The notes beneath the pieces were generated by a model. The model ran no database searches. It worked only from the letters and a program-made list of their open reading frames with translations, and was not told the DNA's origin. From an uncultured Flavobacteriales bacterium (lineage in GTDB: Bacteria; Bacteroidota; Bacteroidia; Flavobacteriales_D; Sanyastnellaceae), in assembly GCA_937967465.1 (NCBI GenBank), contig CALBSW010000046.1, positions 1 to 58,493 on the forward strand: 58,493 nt of DNA, in the 5' to 3' direction. The position numbers and the translations under genes are program-made. Below are positions 51,289-58,493 of this stretch, in pieces; position 1 is the stretch's first letter; each line of letters starts with the position of its first letter.

Positions 51289-52632
51289 ATGTCCAACATT
51301 GCTCTGTTCTGGCACCGGCGCGACCTGCGCACCCATGACAACCGCGGTCTTGCTGCTGCCTTGAATTCCGGAATGCCCACGGTCGGCTTTTTCTGCTTTG
51401 ACCGCAACATCCTCGATCGACTGCCGCGGAAGGATGCACGTCTCGGCTTCATCCACACAGAGTTGCAACGGGTTCAAGCCGATTATGCGACCTCTGGCGG
51501 AACCCTCCTTGCTTTTCATGGTCATCCGGTGGAGACACTCGAACGTGCTGTCACCGAGTGTCGAGAATCCGGACACACTGTCAAGGCCATCTACACCAAC
51601 CGTGACTATGCCCCCTACCCGGTCCAGCGGGATGCCGATGTGGCACAATGGGCAAAGAACCATGACGTGGCATTCCATGCCTTCGACGACCATGTGGTGC
51701 TCCCTCCGGAAACCGTGCTCAAAGACGACGGCCTGCCCTACACGGTGTTCACCCCCTACAGCCGCAAATGGCACAAGGTGTTCGACGCCATGGAGGCGGA
51801 CCCGCTCGCGGAGGAACGAATCGACTTGAATCAAGGCCTGGCCCCTTGGCCGCATGTCGCCTCCTTGCCTTCGCTCACCGACATGGGCTTCGATGCCGAT
51901 TCGGCCAACCCCGATGGCTGGGCTGCATTTGAAAACCGCGCACCAGACCCGGCCGTCTTGTCCCAATACGCCGAGCGTCGGGACACCCCCTCCATCGTGG
52001 GCACAGCGCGAACGAGTCTGCACCTTCGGTTCGGAACGGTCAGTGTGCGGGAGATGGCCCGCACTGGATTCGAGCACAGTGACAAATGGCTGACCGAGTT
52101 GATCTGGCGGGAGTTCTACCAGGCCATTCTCCACCATTTCCCGCACAGTGCCACGGATGCCTTCCGAGCCAAATATGACCGCATTCCTTGGCGGCACGAC
52201 GAAGCGCACTTCAAGGCCTGGTGCGAAGGCAAAACCGGCTACCCGCTGGTGGATGCCGGGATGCGGGAGCTCAACGCCACCGGCTTCATGCACAACCGCG
52301 TCCGCATGGTGGTGGCGAGCTTCCTCTGCAAGCACCTGCTCCTCGACTGGCGATGGGGAGAGCGCCATTTCGCCGAAAAGCTGCTCGACTTCGAGCTGGC
52401 CTCCAATGTGGGTGGCTGGCAATGGGCGTCGGGATCGGGGTGCGATGCGGCACCGTATTTCCGCGTCTTCAACCCAGAAAGCCAACTCAAGAAATTCGAC
52501 CCGAGTGGCACGTATGTCAAGCGGTGGGTCCCCGAGTGGGGAACGCCGAGCTACCCTGCCCCCATCGTCGAACACAAGATGGCCCGTCAGCGGGCCATTG
52601 ACACCTACAAGGCTGCCCTGACGGAGGCTTAA
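51289..52632 (+). CDS. phr: Deoxyribodipyrimidine photo-lyase / cryptochrome-photolyase family protein
   Basis: IALFWHRRDLRTHDNRGLAAA N-terminus. FAD-binding region TGYPLVDAGMRELNATGFMHNRVRMVVASFL...ASNVGGWQWASGSGCDAAPYFRVFNP. Confidence 0.85.
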   Translation: MSNIALFWHRRDLRTHDNRGLAAALNSGMPTVGFFCFDRNILDRLPRKDARLGFIHTELQRVQADYATSGGTLLAFHGHPVETLERAVTECRESGHTVKAIYTNRDYAPYPVQRDADVAQWAKNHDVAFHAFDDHVVLPPETVLKDDGLPYTVFTPYSRKWHKVFDAMEADPLAEERIDLNQGLAPWPHVASLPSLTDMGFDADSANPDGWAAFENRAPDPAVLSQYAERRDTPSIVGTARTSLHLRFGTVSVREMARTGFEHSDKWLTELIWREFYQAILHHFPHSATDAFRAKYDRIPWRHDEAHFKAWCEGKTGYPLVDAGMRELNATGFMHNRVRMVVASFLCKHLLLDWRWGERHFAEKLLDFELASNVGGWQWASGSGCDAAPYFRVFNPESQLKKFDPSGTYVKRWVPEWGTPSYPAPIVEHKMARQRAIDTYKAALTEA

Positions 52633-52641
52633 CTTCAGGGC

Positions 52642-53769
52642 GTGGCTCACGACCCTTCCGTCCCTCCGCCCCCGCCTCTTGGCGATGACCGTCCCTTGGC
52701 GGGCTTGCAGGTGGTGGAACTGGCCACCGTACTGGCTGGCCCCTTGGTGGGCACCTTCCTGTCTGAATTGGGTGCCGAAGTCACCAAGGTGGAACCCCCC
52801 GTGCGCGGCGACATCACACGGCACTGGCGCAGCCGTGGCGAATCTGCGGAGGGCCCCAGCGCCTACTTCGTGGCTGCCAATGGGCCCAAGCGCCATGTCC
52901 ACCTCGACCTCAAATCCGATGGTGGCCAGGCAGAATTGCACCGCTTGCTGACCGAGGCGGACATTCTCCTCCAAAACGCCAAACCCGATTCCCTCGAGCG
53001 CCTGGGGCTCTCACCGGATCGGCTGGCTGCCTTGTACCCACGCCTGATTCACGTTCACCTCAAAGGATTCTTGAGTGAGCCCGAGCGCGGCGGCTATGAC
53101 ATGGCCGTGCAGGCGGAGACTGGATTCATGTCCATGAACGGGGAGCCCGATGGCGAACCGATGCGCATGCCTGTGGCCATGATGGACATTCTCGCCGCCC
53201 ACCAAATGCGTTCCGGCCTGCTGTTGGCCCTGTATGAACGGGAGACTTCCGGACAAGGGGCCTACGTGGAGACGTGGCTGGACGCCAGTGGATTCAGCGC
53301 CTTGGCGAACCGCGCCACCGAACACCTCGTGGCCGGTCAGACCCCAGTGGCACTGGGCGCCATTCACCCGCAAATCGCGCCCTATGGGGAGTCCTTTGTG
53401 TGTGCTTGCGGCACCCGCATTGTCATGGCCGTGGGGAGTGACAGCCAGTTTGCGGCATTGTGCCAGGAGCTCGGGCATCCCGAGTGGGCCGAAGACAGCC
53501 GCTTTGCCAACAATCCCGCCAGGGTATCCAATCGAAGGGTGTTGGGAGACCAATTGGGCCGCGCCCTGTCCCAGCGCACCGCGGATGAATGGCTTCGCCG
53601 TGCTGAAGTCCTCGGCATCCCCATGGGCCGTGTGCGGTCGGTGCCCGACGCATTGAACACCCCCACCGGACGGGCCATGACCGCATCTTTTGATGTGGAG
53701 GGACACCCTGTGCAACAGGTGCGACAGGTGGCGTTCCGGATTCACCGCAACGGCAACCGCACCACGTAG
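52642..53769 (+). CDS. Family III CoA-transferase (CaiB/BaiF-type)
   Basis: LAGLQVVELATVLAGPLVGTFLSELGAEVTKVEPPVRGDITRHW. The GTG start is preceded by TAACTTCA-N4. Confidence 0.85.
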   Translation: MAHDPSVPPPPPLGDDRPLAGLQVVELATVLAGPLVGTFLSELGAEVTKVEPPVRGDITRHWRSRGESAEGPSAYFVAANGPKRHVHLDLKSDGGQAELHRLLTEADILLQNAKPDSLERLGLSPDRLAALYPRLIHVHLKGFLSEPERGGYDMAVQAETGFMSMNGEPDGEPMRMPVAMMDILAAHQMRSGLLLALYERETSGQGAYVETWLDASGFSALANRATEHLVAGQTPVALGAIHPQIAPYGESFVCACGTRIVMAVGSDSQFAALCQELGHPEWAEDSRFANNPARVSNRRVLGDQLGRALSQRTADEWLRRAEVLGIPMGRVRSVPDALNTPTGRAMTASFDVEGHPVQQVRQVAFRIHRNGNRTT

Positions 53770-54665
53770 TATTGATCTTCCCGGATCGGAAGTCGGCGCG
53801 ACCGAAGCCAAGGATTGAGCGTCTTCAAGGCATTGTAGCTCACCCCAGCCTCCTTGGCGAATGCCGTCAAGTCCTCGACACTGTCGACCAGAATCGTATC
53901 ACGGGTCTCCAGTGGGGCATACCAATCCTCCGCCATCAAGTGGAAACCATGCTGCTCAGGGGACTCCATGACTTGCTTGGTGGCGTACAACCGATAGACG
54001 TAGCGTGCGGTCTCCGCATTGAGCATCAGGTCCCAATACGCCTCGCCCTGCTGCTCCTCCAAGCGCCGACTGACACCGGCCATGCCCATGTTGTAGCTGG
54101 CCGCAGCGAGCAGCCAATCTCCATAACGGTCATAGGCCTCCCGGAGATAGGCACACGCGGCTCGGGTGGCTTTTTCCACGTGATACCGCTCATCCACATC
54201 GCGGTCCACGCGCAACCCAAATTCCTCCGCCGCAGGCTCCATGAACTGCCAAAAACCGCGCGCATCTGACGGAGACACGGCGTTGGCCAGACCGGACTCG
54301 ATCACGGAGAGGTATTTGAAATCCACCGGAATCCCCGAATCCACCAGGATCGGTTCGATCATGGGGAACCAACGGCCGGACCGCTTGAGGGTCAACAAAC
54401 TGCTGCTGTGCCGGAACGTGCCGATGAGGAGCTCCTTCTCCATGCGCTCCCGAACCCCTACCCGTTCGAGGGGAAGGGGGGTTCCCGCAAACTCCAATCC
54501 AGCCTGGATGCGGGGCGGTGTCACCTGCTGGGGAATCGAATCTGGACGCATGCTGGAAGACCCACCAACACGGTCCGCAGCAGGGTCTCCTGCCTGGGTG
54601 GCAAAAGCCAGCACGACCAGGCCGAGCGCCACAACACCGAGCGTCGAAAGCACACTGCGCCTCAT
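53742..54665 (-). CDS. Lytic transglycosylase (SLT-domain, MltD-like without a recognisable LysM)
   Basis: Signal/TM MRRSVLSTLGVVALGLVVLAFA. Catalytic region YLSVIESGLANAVSPSDARGFWQFMEPAAEEFGL...AASYNMG. ATGA overlap with the rfbC stop. Confidence 0.8.
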   Translation of the reverse strand: MRRSVLSTLGVVALGLVVLAFATQAGDPAADRVGGSSSMRPDSIPQQVTPPRIQAGLEFAGTPLPLERVGVRERMEKELLIGTFRHSSSLLTLKRSGRWFPMIEPILVDSGIPVDFKYLSVIESGLANAVSPSDARGFWQFMEPAAEEFGLRVDRDVDERYHVEKATRAACAYLREAYDRYGDWLLAAASYNMGMAGVSRRLEEQQGEAYWDLMLNAETARYVYRLYATKQVMESPEQHGFHLMAEDWYAPLETRDTILVDSVEDLTAFAKEAGVSYNALKTLNPWLRSRRLPIREDQYYVVRLPLR

Positions 54666-55222
54666 GAGAACGGGGTTTCGAAGGATGCGAAGGCGCCCGC
54701 ACGCTCGTCCTTCGGGGAGAGCAATGGAGATGAGGTTCCCCAGTCGATGGCCAAGTCGGGATCGTCCCACCGCAATGCGCGCTCGTGTTCCGGACTGTAC
54801 ACCTCGGTGCACTTGTAACAGAAAATGGTGTCGGGCTCCAAGGTCAAAAAGCCATGCGCGAATCCGGGTGGCACCCAGAATTGCCAGCGGTTGTCTCCGC
54901 TGAGTTCGACGATTTGGTGATGCCCGTAGGTGGGACTGCCCTTCCGCAAATCCACCGCCACATCGAGCGCCGCGCCTCGGACCACGCGCACCAACTTGCC
55001 CTGCGCCCGATCGGGAACCTGGAAATGCAATCCGCGCAACACCCCAGCGCCCGAGACGGACTCATTGTCTTGCACGAACGTCACCGGGCCGCCGATGGCC
55101 GCCTCGAAATGGGCAGAACGCCAAGTCTCTGAAAAATGCCCCCGATCATCACCGAATTGGCGGGGCCGAAGCATGACGGGACCGTCCATCGGCCCGGTCT
55201 GAATTTCCAATGGATGGTCCAT
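54662..55222 (-). CDS. rfbC: dTDP-4-dehydrorhamnose 3,5-epimerase
   Basis: FGDDRGHFSETW...GVLRGLHFQ...QGKLVRVVRGAALDVAVDLRKGSPTYG...VPPGFAHGF. Confidence 0.9.
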   Translation of the reverse strand: MDHPLEIQTGPMDGPVMLRPRQFGDDRGHFSETWRSAHFEAAIGGPVTFVQDNESVSGAGVLRGLHFQVPDRAQGKLVRVVRGAALDVAVDLRKGSPTYGHHQIVELSGDNRWQFWVPPGFAHGFLTLEPDTIFCYKCTEVYSPEHERALRWDDPDLAIDWGTSSPLLSPKDERAGAFASFETPFS

Positions 55223-55225
55223 GGA

Positions 55226-56038
55226 TCAATTGTTGCCACCGACGATGCTCACCAAAGCAATGAAGGAGCTGATGGTCGTCAAGAGGGACAGAATGGGAGA
55301 CACATCGGCCAGGACTTCGCTTGCCAATTGTGGCAAGGGTTCGACATAAATGATGTCCCCTGCCTGCACCGTGGTGTTGGCGTATTTCAGGCCGTCAATT
55401 TTGGAGAGGTCGAACTGGTGAATGGTCTGTCCATTCTCCCCACGGCGGATCAATTTCACGTTGCGGGCATCGCCCCGTGCGCGGATGCCTCCGCTGAGCG
55501 CGAGGACTTCCAACAGACTGGTATTGGGGTTGGTCAGGGGAATGACGGAGGCCACGCCGGCCTCTCCCGGGAAGATCAGCACCCGTTGGTTGGTCACCTC
55601 AATCAAGGCCAGCGGATCGATGTAATTGGCGCTGTAGAGCGACTCCAATTTGGTTTCGGCTTCGTCGATGTTGAGTCCCATGAGCTCGACCGGCCCGAGC
55701 TCCGGAAGTTCCACTGTGCCATCCGGACGCACCTCGTAGACGAAGCCGCTGTTCCGATTCATGGCCTGCAGGTTGCCACCTTGTCCTCCATTGACACCGC
55801 CTGCCGTGGTCCCCGCCGTCATGGACAGCAGCCGCTCGCCCTTGTTGGAGTACAGCTGGAAGCTGATCAGGTCGTTGGGCGCAATGCGGTAGTTGACATC
55901 GCTGATGGGGTTGAACGGGTCAAATGCGAAGTCGGCGGGCGTGCGGAACATGATGTTGCGGTTGATGGTGCAACCGGTTCCAAGCACGACAATCAACACG
56001 GCCATCCAAGGCCAACTGTGGGACGCGATGCGGGGCAT
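55226..56038 (-). CDS. Polysaccharide export outer-membrane lipoprotein (Wza-like: Poly_export + SLBB)
   Basis: Lipobox VLGTGC. YRIAPNDLISFQLYS is the Poly_export motif. VQAGDIIYVEP is SLBB-like. The internal ATG at 56005 is an alternative start. Confidence 0.8.
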   Translation of the reverse strand: MPRIASHSWPWMAVLIVVLGTGCTINRNIMFRTPADFAFDPFNPISDVNYRIAPNDLISFQLYSNKGERLLSMTAGTTAGGVNGGQGGNLQAMNRNSGFVYEVRPDGTVELPELGPVELMGLNIDEAETKLESLYSANYIDPLALIEVTNQRVLIFPGEAGVASVIPLTNPNTSLLEVLALSGGIRARGDARNVKLIRRGENGQTIHQFDLSKIDGLKYANTTVQAGDIIYVEPLPQLASEVLADVSPILSLLTTISSFIALVSIVGGNN

Positions 56039-56042
56039 GTTT

Positions 56043-56050
56043 CAAAAATA
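56043..56050 (-). promoter_or_regulatory. Perfect TAnnTTTG box (TATTTTTG), 4 nt upstream of the wza-like ATG
   Basis: The minus strand reads tatttttgaaacATG. Confidence 0.45.
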
Positions 56051-56098
56051 GGGGGTGTCCTTTCCGAAGCAGGTGGTCGGGATTCAGGGTTGTCCAAG

Positions 56099-56106
56099 TA
56101 TTTTCG
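56099..56106 (+). promoter_or_regulatory. TATTTTCG box 7 nt upstream of the GNAT ATG
   Basis: Sequence is aagtattttcgaccattgATG. Confidence 0.4.
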
Positions 56107-56113
56107 ACCATTG

Positions 56114-56650
56114 ATGTCCCTCCCATCCGACCTTCTTCAATCCGGCACCACCCGCTTGCGGGCCGTCCAGCGTGACGACGTGGACCGGATGGCCCAGTGG
56201 GAGAACGACCCGGCCCACTGGCAGGTCACGGGAACCGTGGCGCCGTACTCCCGACAAGCCCTGGAGGCACTGTGTGCCGGACATCAAGACCTCTACACCG
56301 CAGGCCAACTGCGCTGGGTCATTGAAGAGAAAGGCAGCCCGGTGGGTGCCTTGGACCTCTATGACTTTCGGGCGCGGGACCAACGGGCCGGCATCGGCAT
56401 CCTGGTCCAACCGGATGCGCGTGGCCAAGGTGTCGCCGGACGCGCCTTGACCATCGGGATTCGGCACGCGCAAGAAGCCCTGCTGCTCCATTCAGTTCAC
56501 GCCGAAGTCCATGCCGATCACACCGGCAGCCTGTCGCTCTTCCAAAGCGTGGGCTTTCAGGAAGTCGGTCGGTTTGCCGATTGGACCCGCACCAATGACG
56601 GCTGGAAAGACGTTGTTCTGTTGCAACGCCTGCTTTCTACCACCCCATGA
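56114..56650 (+). CDS. GNAT-family N-acetyltransferase (SpeG/RimJ-like)
   Basis: LRAVQRDDVDRMAQWEND...AGIGILVQPDARGQGVAGRAL (acetyl-CoA loop R/Q-x-x-G-x-G/A). Only the last third of the long ORF-track ORF is used. Confidence 0.8.
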   Translation: MSLPSDLLQSGTTRLRAVQRDDVDRMAQWENDPAHWQVTGTVAPYSRQALEALCAGHQDLYTAGQLRWVIEEKGSPVGALDLYDFRARDQRAGIGILVQPDARGQGVAGRALTIGIRHAQEALLLHSVHAEVHADHTGSLSLFQSVGFQEVGRFADWTRTNDGWKDVVLLQRLLSTTP

Positions 56651-57675
56651 GTCTTCAACGCGCCTTTCTCTTGACCGCTGCGGCGGTGCTGGTCTCCGGT
56701 GTTGTGGGCTTTGTCGGCCGGACCGCACTGGGGCCCAATACGGTGGCCCAGGAAGGCCGGCTCATCGTCGACCCGGGGCTGCCTGTGGACAGTGTCGTCG
56801 CTCAGTTGGACAGGGAAAATCGAATCAAACGCCCCGCTTCTCTCCGGCGCTACCTGTCTTGGCGCGGCTGGACCGAACCCGGCACGCTGAAAGGAGGACG
56901 CTACCTCATCCCCGACGGCCTCGACAACCGGTCTCTCGCCCGGCTGTTGATGTCGGGCTCCAAGGAGGCGGTCCGCGTCCGCTTCACAGGTGGGCGTTCC
57001 GTCGAGGACCTCGCAGACGCCGTGGCGACGCAGGTGGCCTTTGATGCAGAAGACCTCGTTCGCGCCTGTCAGGATCCTCTGCTGGCCGCTCGGTTGGGCA
57101 CGGATGTGGAGGCCCTGCGCACCCGCTTCATCCCCAACACCTACGAAGTGTGGTATGACCTGTCTCCCGCGGATTTCATCGGGCGCATGTCCGGCGAATG
57201 GAAGCGGTGGTGGACCACCGAACGCCAAGACAAGGCGAAGTCCATTGGCCTCACCCCGACCGAAGTGGGCATCCTCGCCTCCATTGTCAAGGCCGAGACC
57301 AGTAAAATGGACGAAGCCCCGACCGTCGCGGGACTCTACCTCAACCGCATCAACCGGGGCATGCGGTTGCAAGCCGACCCCACCCTCATCCATGCGCTTG
57401 GGGACCCCTCCATCCGCAGGGTGCTCAATGTGCACCGGGAGATTGACAGCCCCTACAACACCTATCGGCATGCCGGTCTGCCGCCCGGCCCCATCAATTT
57501 CCCCGAACCTGCCTATCTCGAAGCGGTCCTCGACGCCGAGAAACACGACTACATCTTCATGTGTGCCCGGGAAGACTTCAGTGGCTACCATGCCTTTGCC
57601 AAGACCAACCGGGAACACGAGCGAAATGCGCACCGCTACCGCAGGGCCCTCGATCAGCAGGGGGTGTACCGGTGA
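56647..57675 (+). CDS. mltG: Endolytic murein transglycosylase (YceG-like)
   Basis: N-terminal TM, then ILASIVKAETSKMDEAPTVAGLYLNRINRGMRLQADPT...SPYNTYRHAGLPPGPINFP. ATGA overlap with the GNAT stop. Confidence 0.9.
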   Translation: MSLQRAFLLTAAAVLVSGVVGFVGRTALGPNTVAQEGRLIVDPGLPVDSVVAQLDRENRIKRPASLRRYLSWRGWTEPGTLKGGRYLIPDGLDNRSLARLLMSGSKEAVRVRFTGGRSVEDLADAVATQVAFDAEDLVRACQDPLLAARLGTDVEALRTRFIPNTYEVWYDLSPADFIGRMSGEWKRWWTTERQDKAKSIGLTPTEVGILASIVKAETSKMDEAPTVAGLYLNRINRGMRLQADPTLIHALGDPSIRRVLNVHREIDSPYNTYRHAGLPPGPINFPEPAYLEAVLDAEKHDYIFMCAREDFSGYHAFAKTNREHERNAHRYRRALDQQGVYR

Positions 57676-57700
57676 TCGAACACAACGGCCTGCTGCGGTG

Positions 57701-57708
57701 TAATTTTG
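57701..57708 (+). promoter_or_regulatory. Perfect TAnnTTTG box (TAATTTTG), 7 nt upstream of the last gene's ATG
   Basis: Sequence is gtgtaattttgccggccgATG. Confidence 0.45.
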
Positions 57709-57715
57709 CCGGCCG

Positions 57716-58493
57716 ATGACCCGTCAGACTCTCTCCTTTGTTGCGCAAAGCGCCGGGTTCATCCTGTTCGCCGCGTTGTGCTGCGCCCCCCAGAAAGCGG
57801 AAGCGCAGACCTGGCCGGAGGGGCTCCCCAGGAAGCCAGAAGCCGAGGCGATCCGCGTCGAATTCGGGTCCATTGAAATCGACGGCAAACTGGACGACGC
57901 CGGCTGGGAGGCCATCGCACCCGAAACCCAATTCCGGGAGTTGCGGCCCGTGCCCTTCGCGATGCCCAAGCAGCAAACGGAGGTCCGCTTCGCATACGAC
58001 GATCGGGCCCTCTACGTCGGTGCCCGCATGTGGGACTCGGCGCCAGACAGCATTCTTCATCAGCTGATCCAGAGGGACGGCGATGGCAACACGGACGTTT
58101 TTGGCATCTGGTTCAATTGCTTCGACGACGGCGTGAACGGCGTGCGCTTCTCGGTCACCCCGGACGGCGTCCAATCGGACGAACTCCTGTCCAACGACGA
58201 TGCCGACGGAAGCTGGAACGCCGTGTGGCAGGCGCAGTGTCGCATCGACGACCAAGGCTGGGTGGCGGAATTCGCCCTTCCGTGGTCGGTTTTCCGCTTC
58301 AACGACTCCGGCGACGCCCCCCAGAACTGGGGCATGAATTTTTACCGGTACATCCGCCGCTACCGGTCCGATTACGTCTGGCGGGCCATGGACCCCAATC
58401 AGGAAGGGCTCATGAACCAAGGCGGCCTGCTCACCGGCATCCAGGGCATCACCCCGCCTCCCCGATTCAGCCTGTACCCTTATGCCAGCGCGT
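57716..58493 (+). CDS. Carbohydrate-binding family 9-like / DUF5916-type secreted protein, 3'-truncated at the window edge
   Basis: This ORF is not in the track because it has no stop in the window. My translation is MTRQTLSFVAQSAGFILFAALCCAPQKAEAQ...IDGKLDDAGWEAIAPETQFRELRP...VRFAYDDRALYVGARMWD...WNAVWQAQCRIDDQGWVAEFALPWSVFRF. Confidence 0.7.
   Translation, partial: MTRQTLSFVAQSAGFILFAALCCAPQKAEAQTWPEGLPRKPEAEAIRVEFGSIEIDGKLDDAGWEAIAPETQFRELRPVPFAMPKQQTEVRFAYDDRALYVGARMWDSAPDSILHQLIQRDGDGNTDVFGIWFNCFDDGVNGVRFSVTPDGVQSDELLSNDDADGSWNAVWQAQCRIDDQGWVAEFALPWSVFRFNDSGDAPQNWGMNFYRYIRRYRSDYVWRAMDPNQEGLMNQGGLLTGIQGITPPPRFSLYPYASA

Noticed and set aside
51171-51338. A 56-codon ATG-initiated ORF in the photolyase upstream region that overlaps the photolyase start out of frame.
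   Set aside because: Its AT-rich, atypical codon usage does not match the rest of the window, and I see no recognisable signal. It more likely lies within promoter or leader DNA. I cannot exclude a uORF without ribosome profiling.
1-58493. A search by eye for tRNA, rRNA or other structured RNAs, CRISPR repeats, long direct or inverted repeats, and defence-system hallmarks (nucleases, helicases, methyltransferases, reverse transcriptases, TIR/SIR2 and the like).
   Set aside because: None were found. Intergenic space is too small (mostly under 100 bp) to hold such elements, and every large ORF is explained by a housekeeping or surface-protein call. A covariance-model scan (Infernal/Rfam, tRNAscan) and DefenseFinder or PADLOC would be the decisive checks.

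Overview
About 60% GC chromosomal segment from a member of Bacteroidota. Lineage evidence: type-A and type-B T9SS C-terminal sorting domains, DUF1573, a fused E1 alpha/beta 2-oxoacid dehydrogenase, bshA and bshC, a CarboxypepD_reg-type TonB-dependent receptor, and TAnnTTTG-type promoter boxes. I call about 48 protein-coding genes. Coding density is very high, with many overlapping or abutting gene ends. Most genes are housekeeping: aroQ, miaA, mutS2, ctp, dnaN, dapD, ruvX, mltG, rfbC, a photolyase, and an ACMSD-like decarboxylase. These are interspersed with secreted or outer-membrane proteins of unknown function. I found no rRNA, tRNA, CRISPR array, transposase, integrase or recognisable defence-island genes. 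I cannot point to an unambiguous novel multi-gene system. The strongest signal not explained by gene calls is regulatory: a TAnnTT(T/C)G box lies 3-7 nt upstream of about 17 start codons, which predicts leaderless or near-leaderless mRNAs. In three cases the box is built on the TAA stop codon of the upstream gene. This goes with extreme compaction at convergent junctions, where only 1 of 12 has a terminator hairpin. The best multi-gene candidate is a minus-strand array of ECF sigma, an acidic single-pass anti-sigma-like protein, an orphan beta-barrel and a type-B T9SS cargo (37.5-40.9 kb). Other leads are unusual domain architectures: an OmpA-like barrel with TSP3 and 2x SPOR; choice-of-anchor-B with MopE-like motifs and a dockerin-like tail; an Smr-less MutS2; and a PRiA4_ORF3 protein with an SSB-like acidic tip. 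All homology statements come from motif recognition by eye and need HMM or BLAST confirmation.
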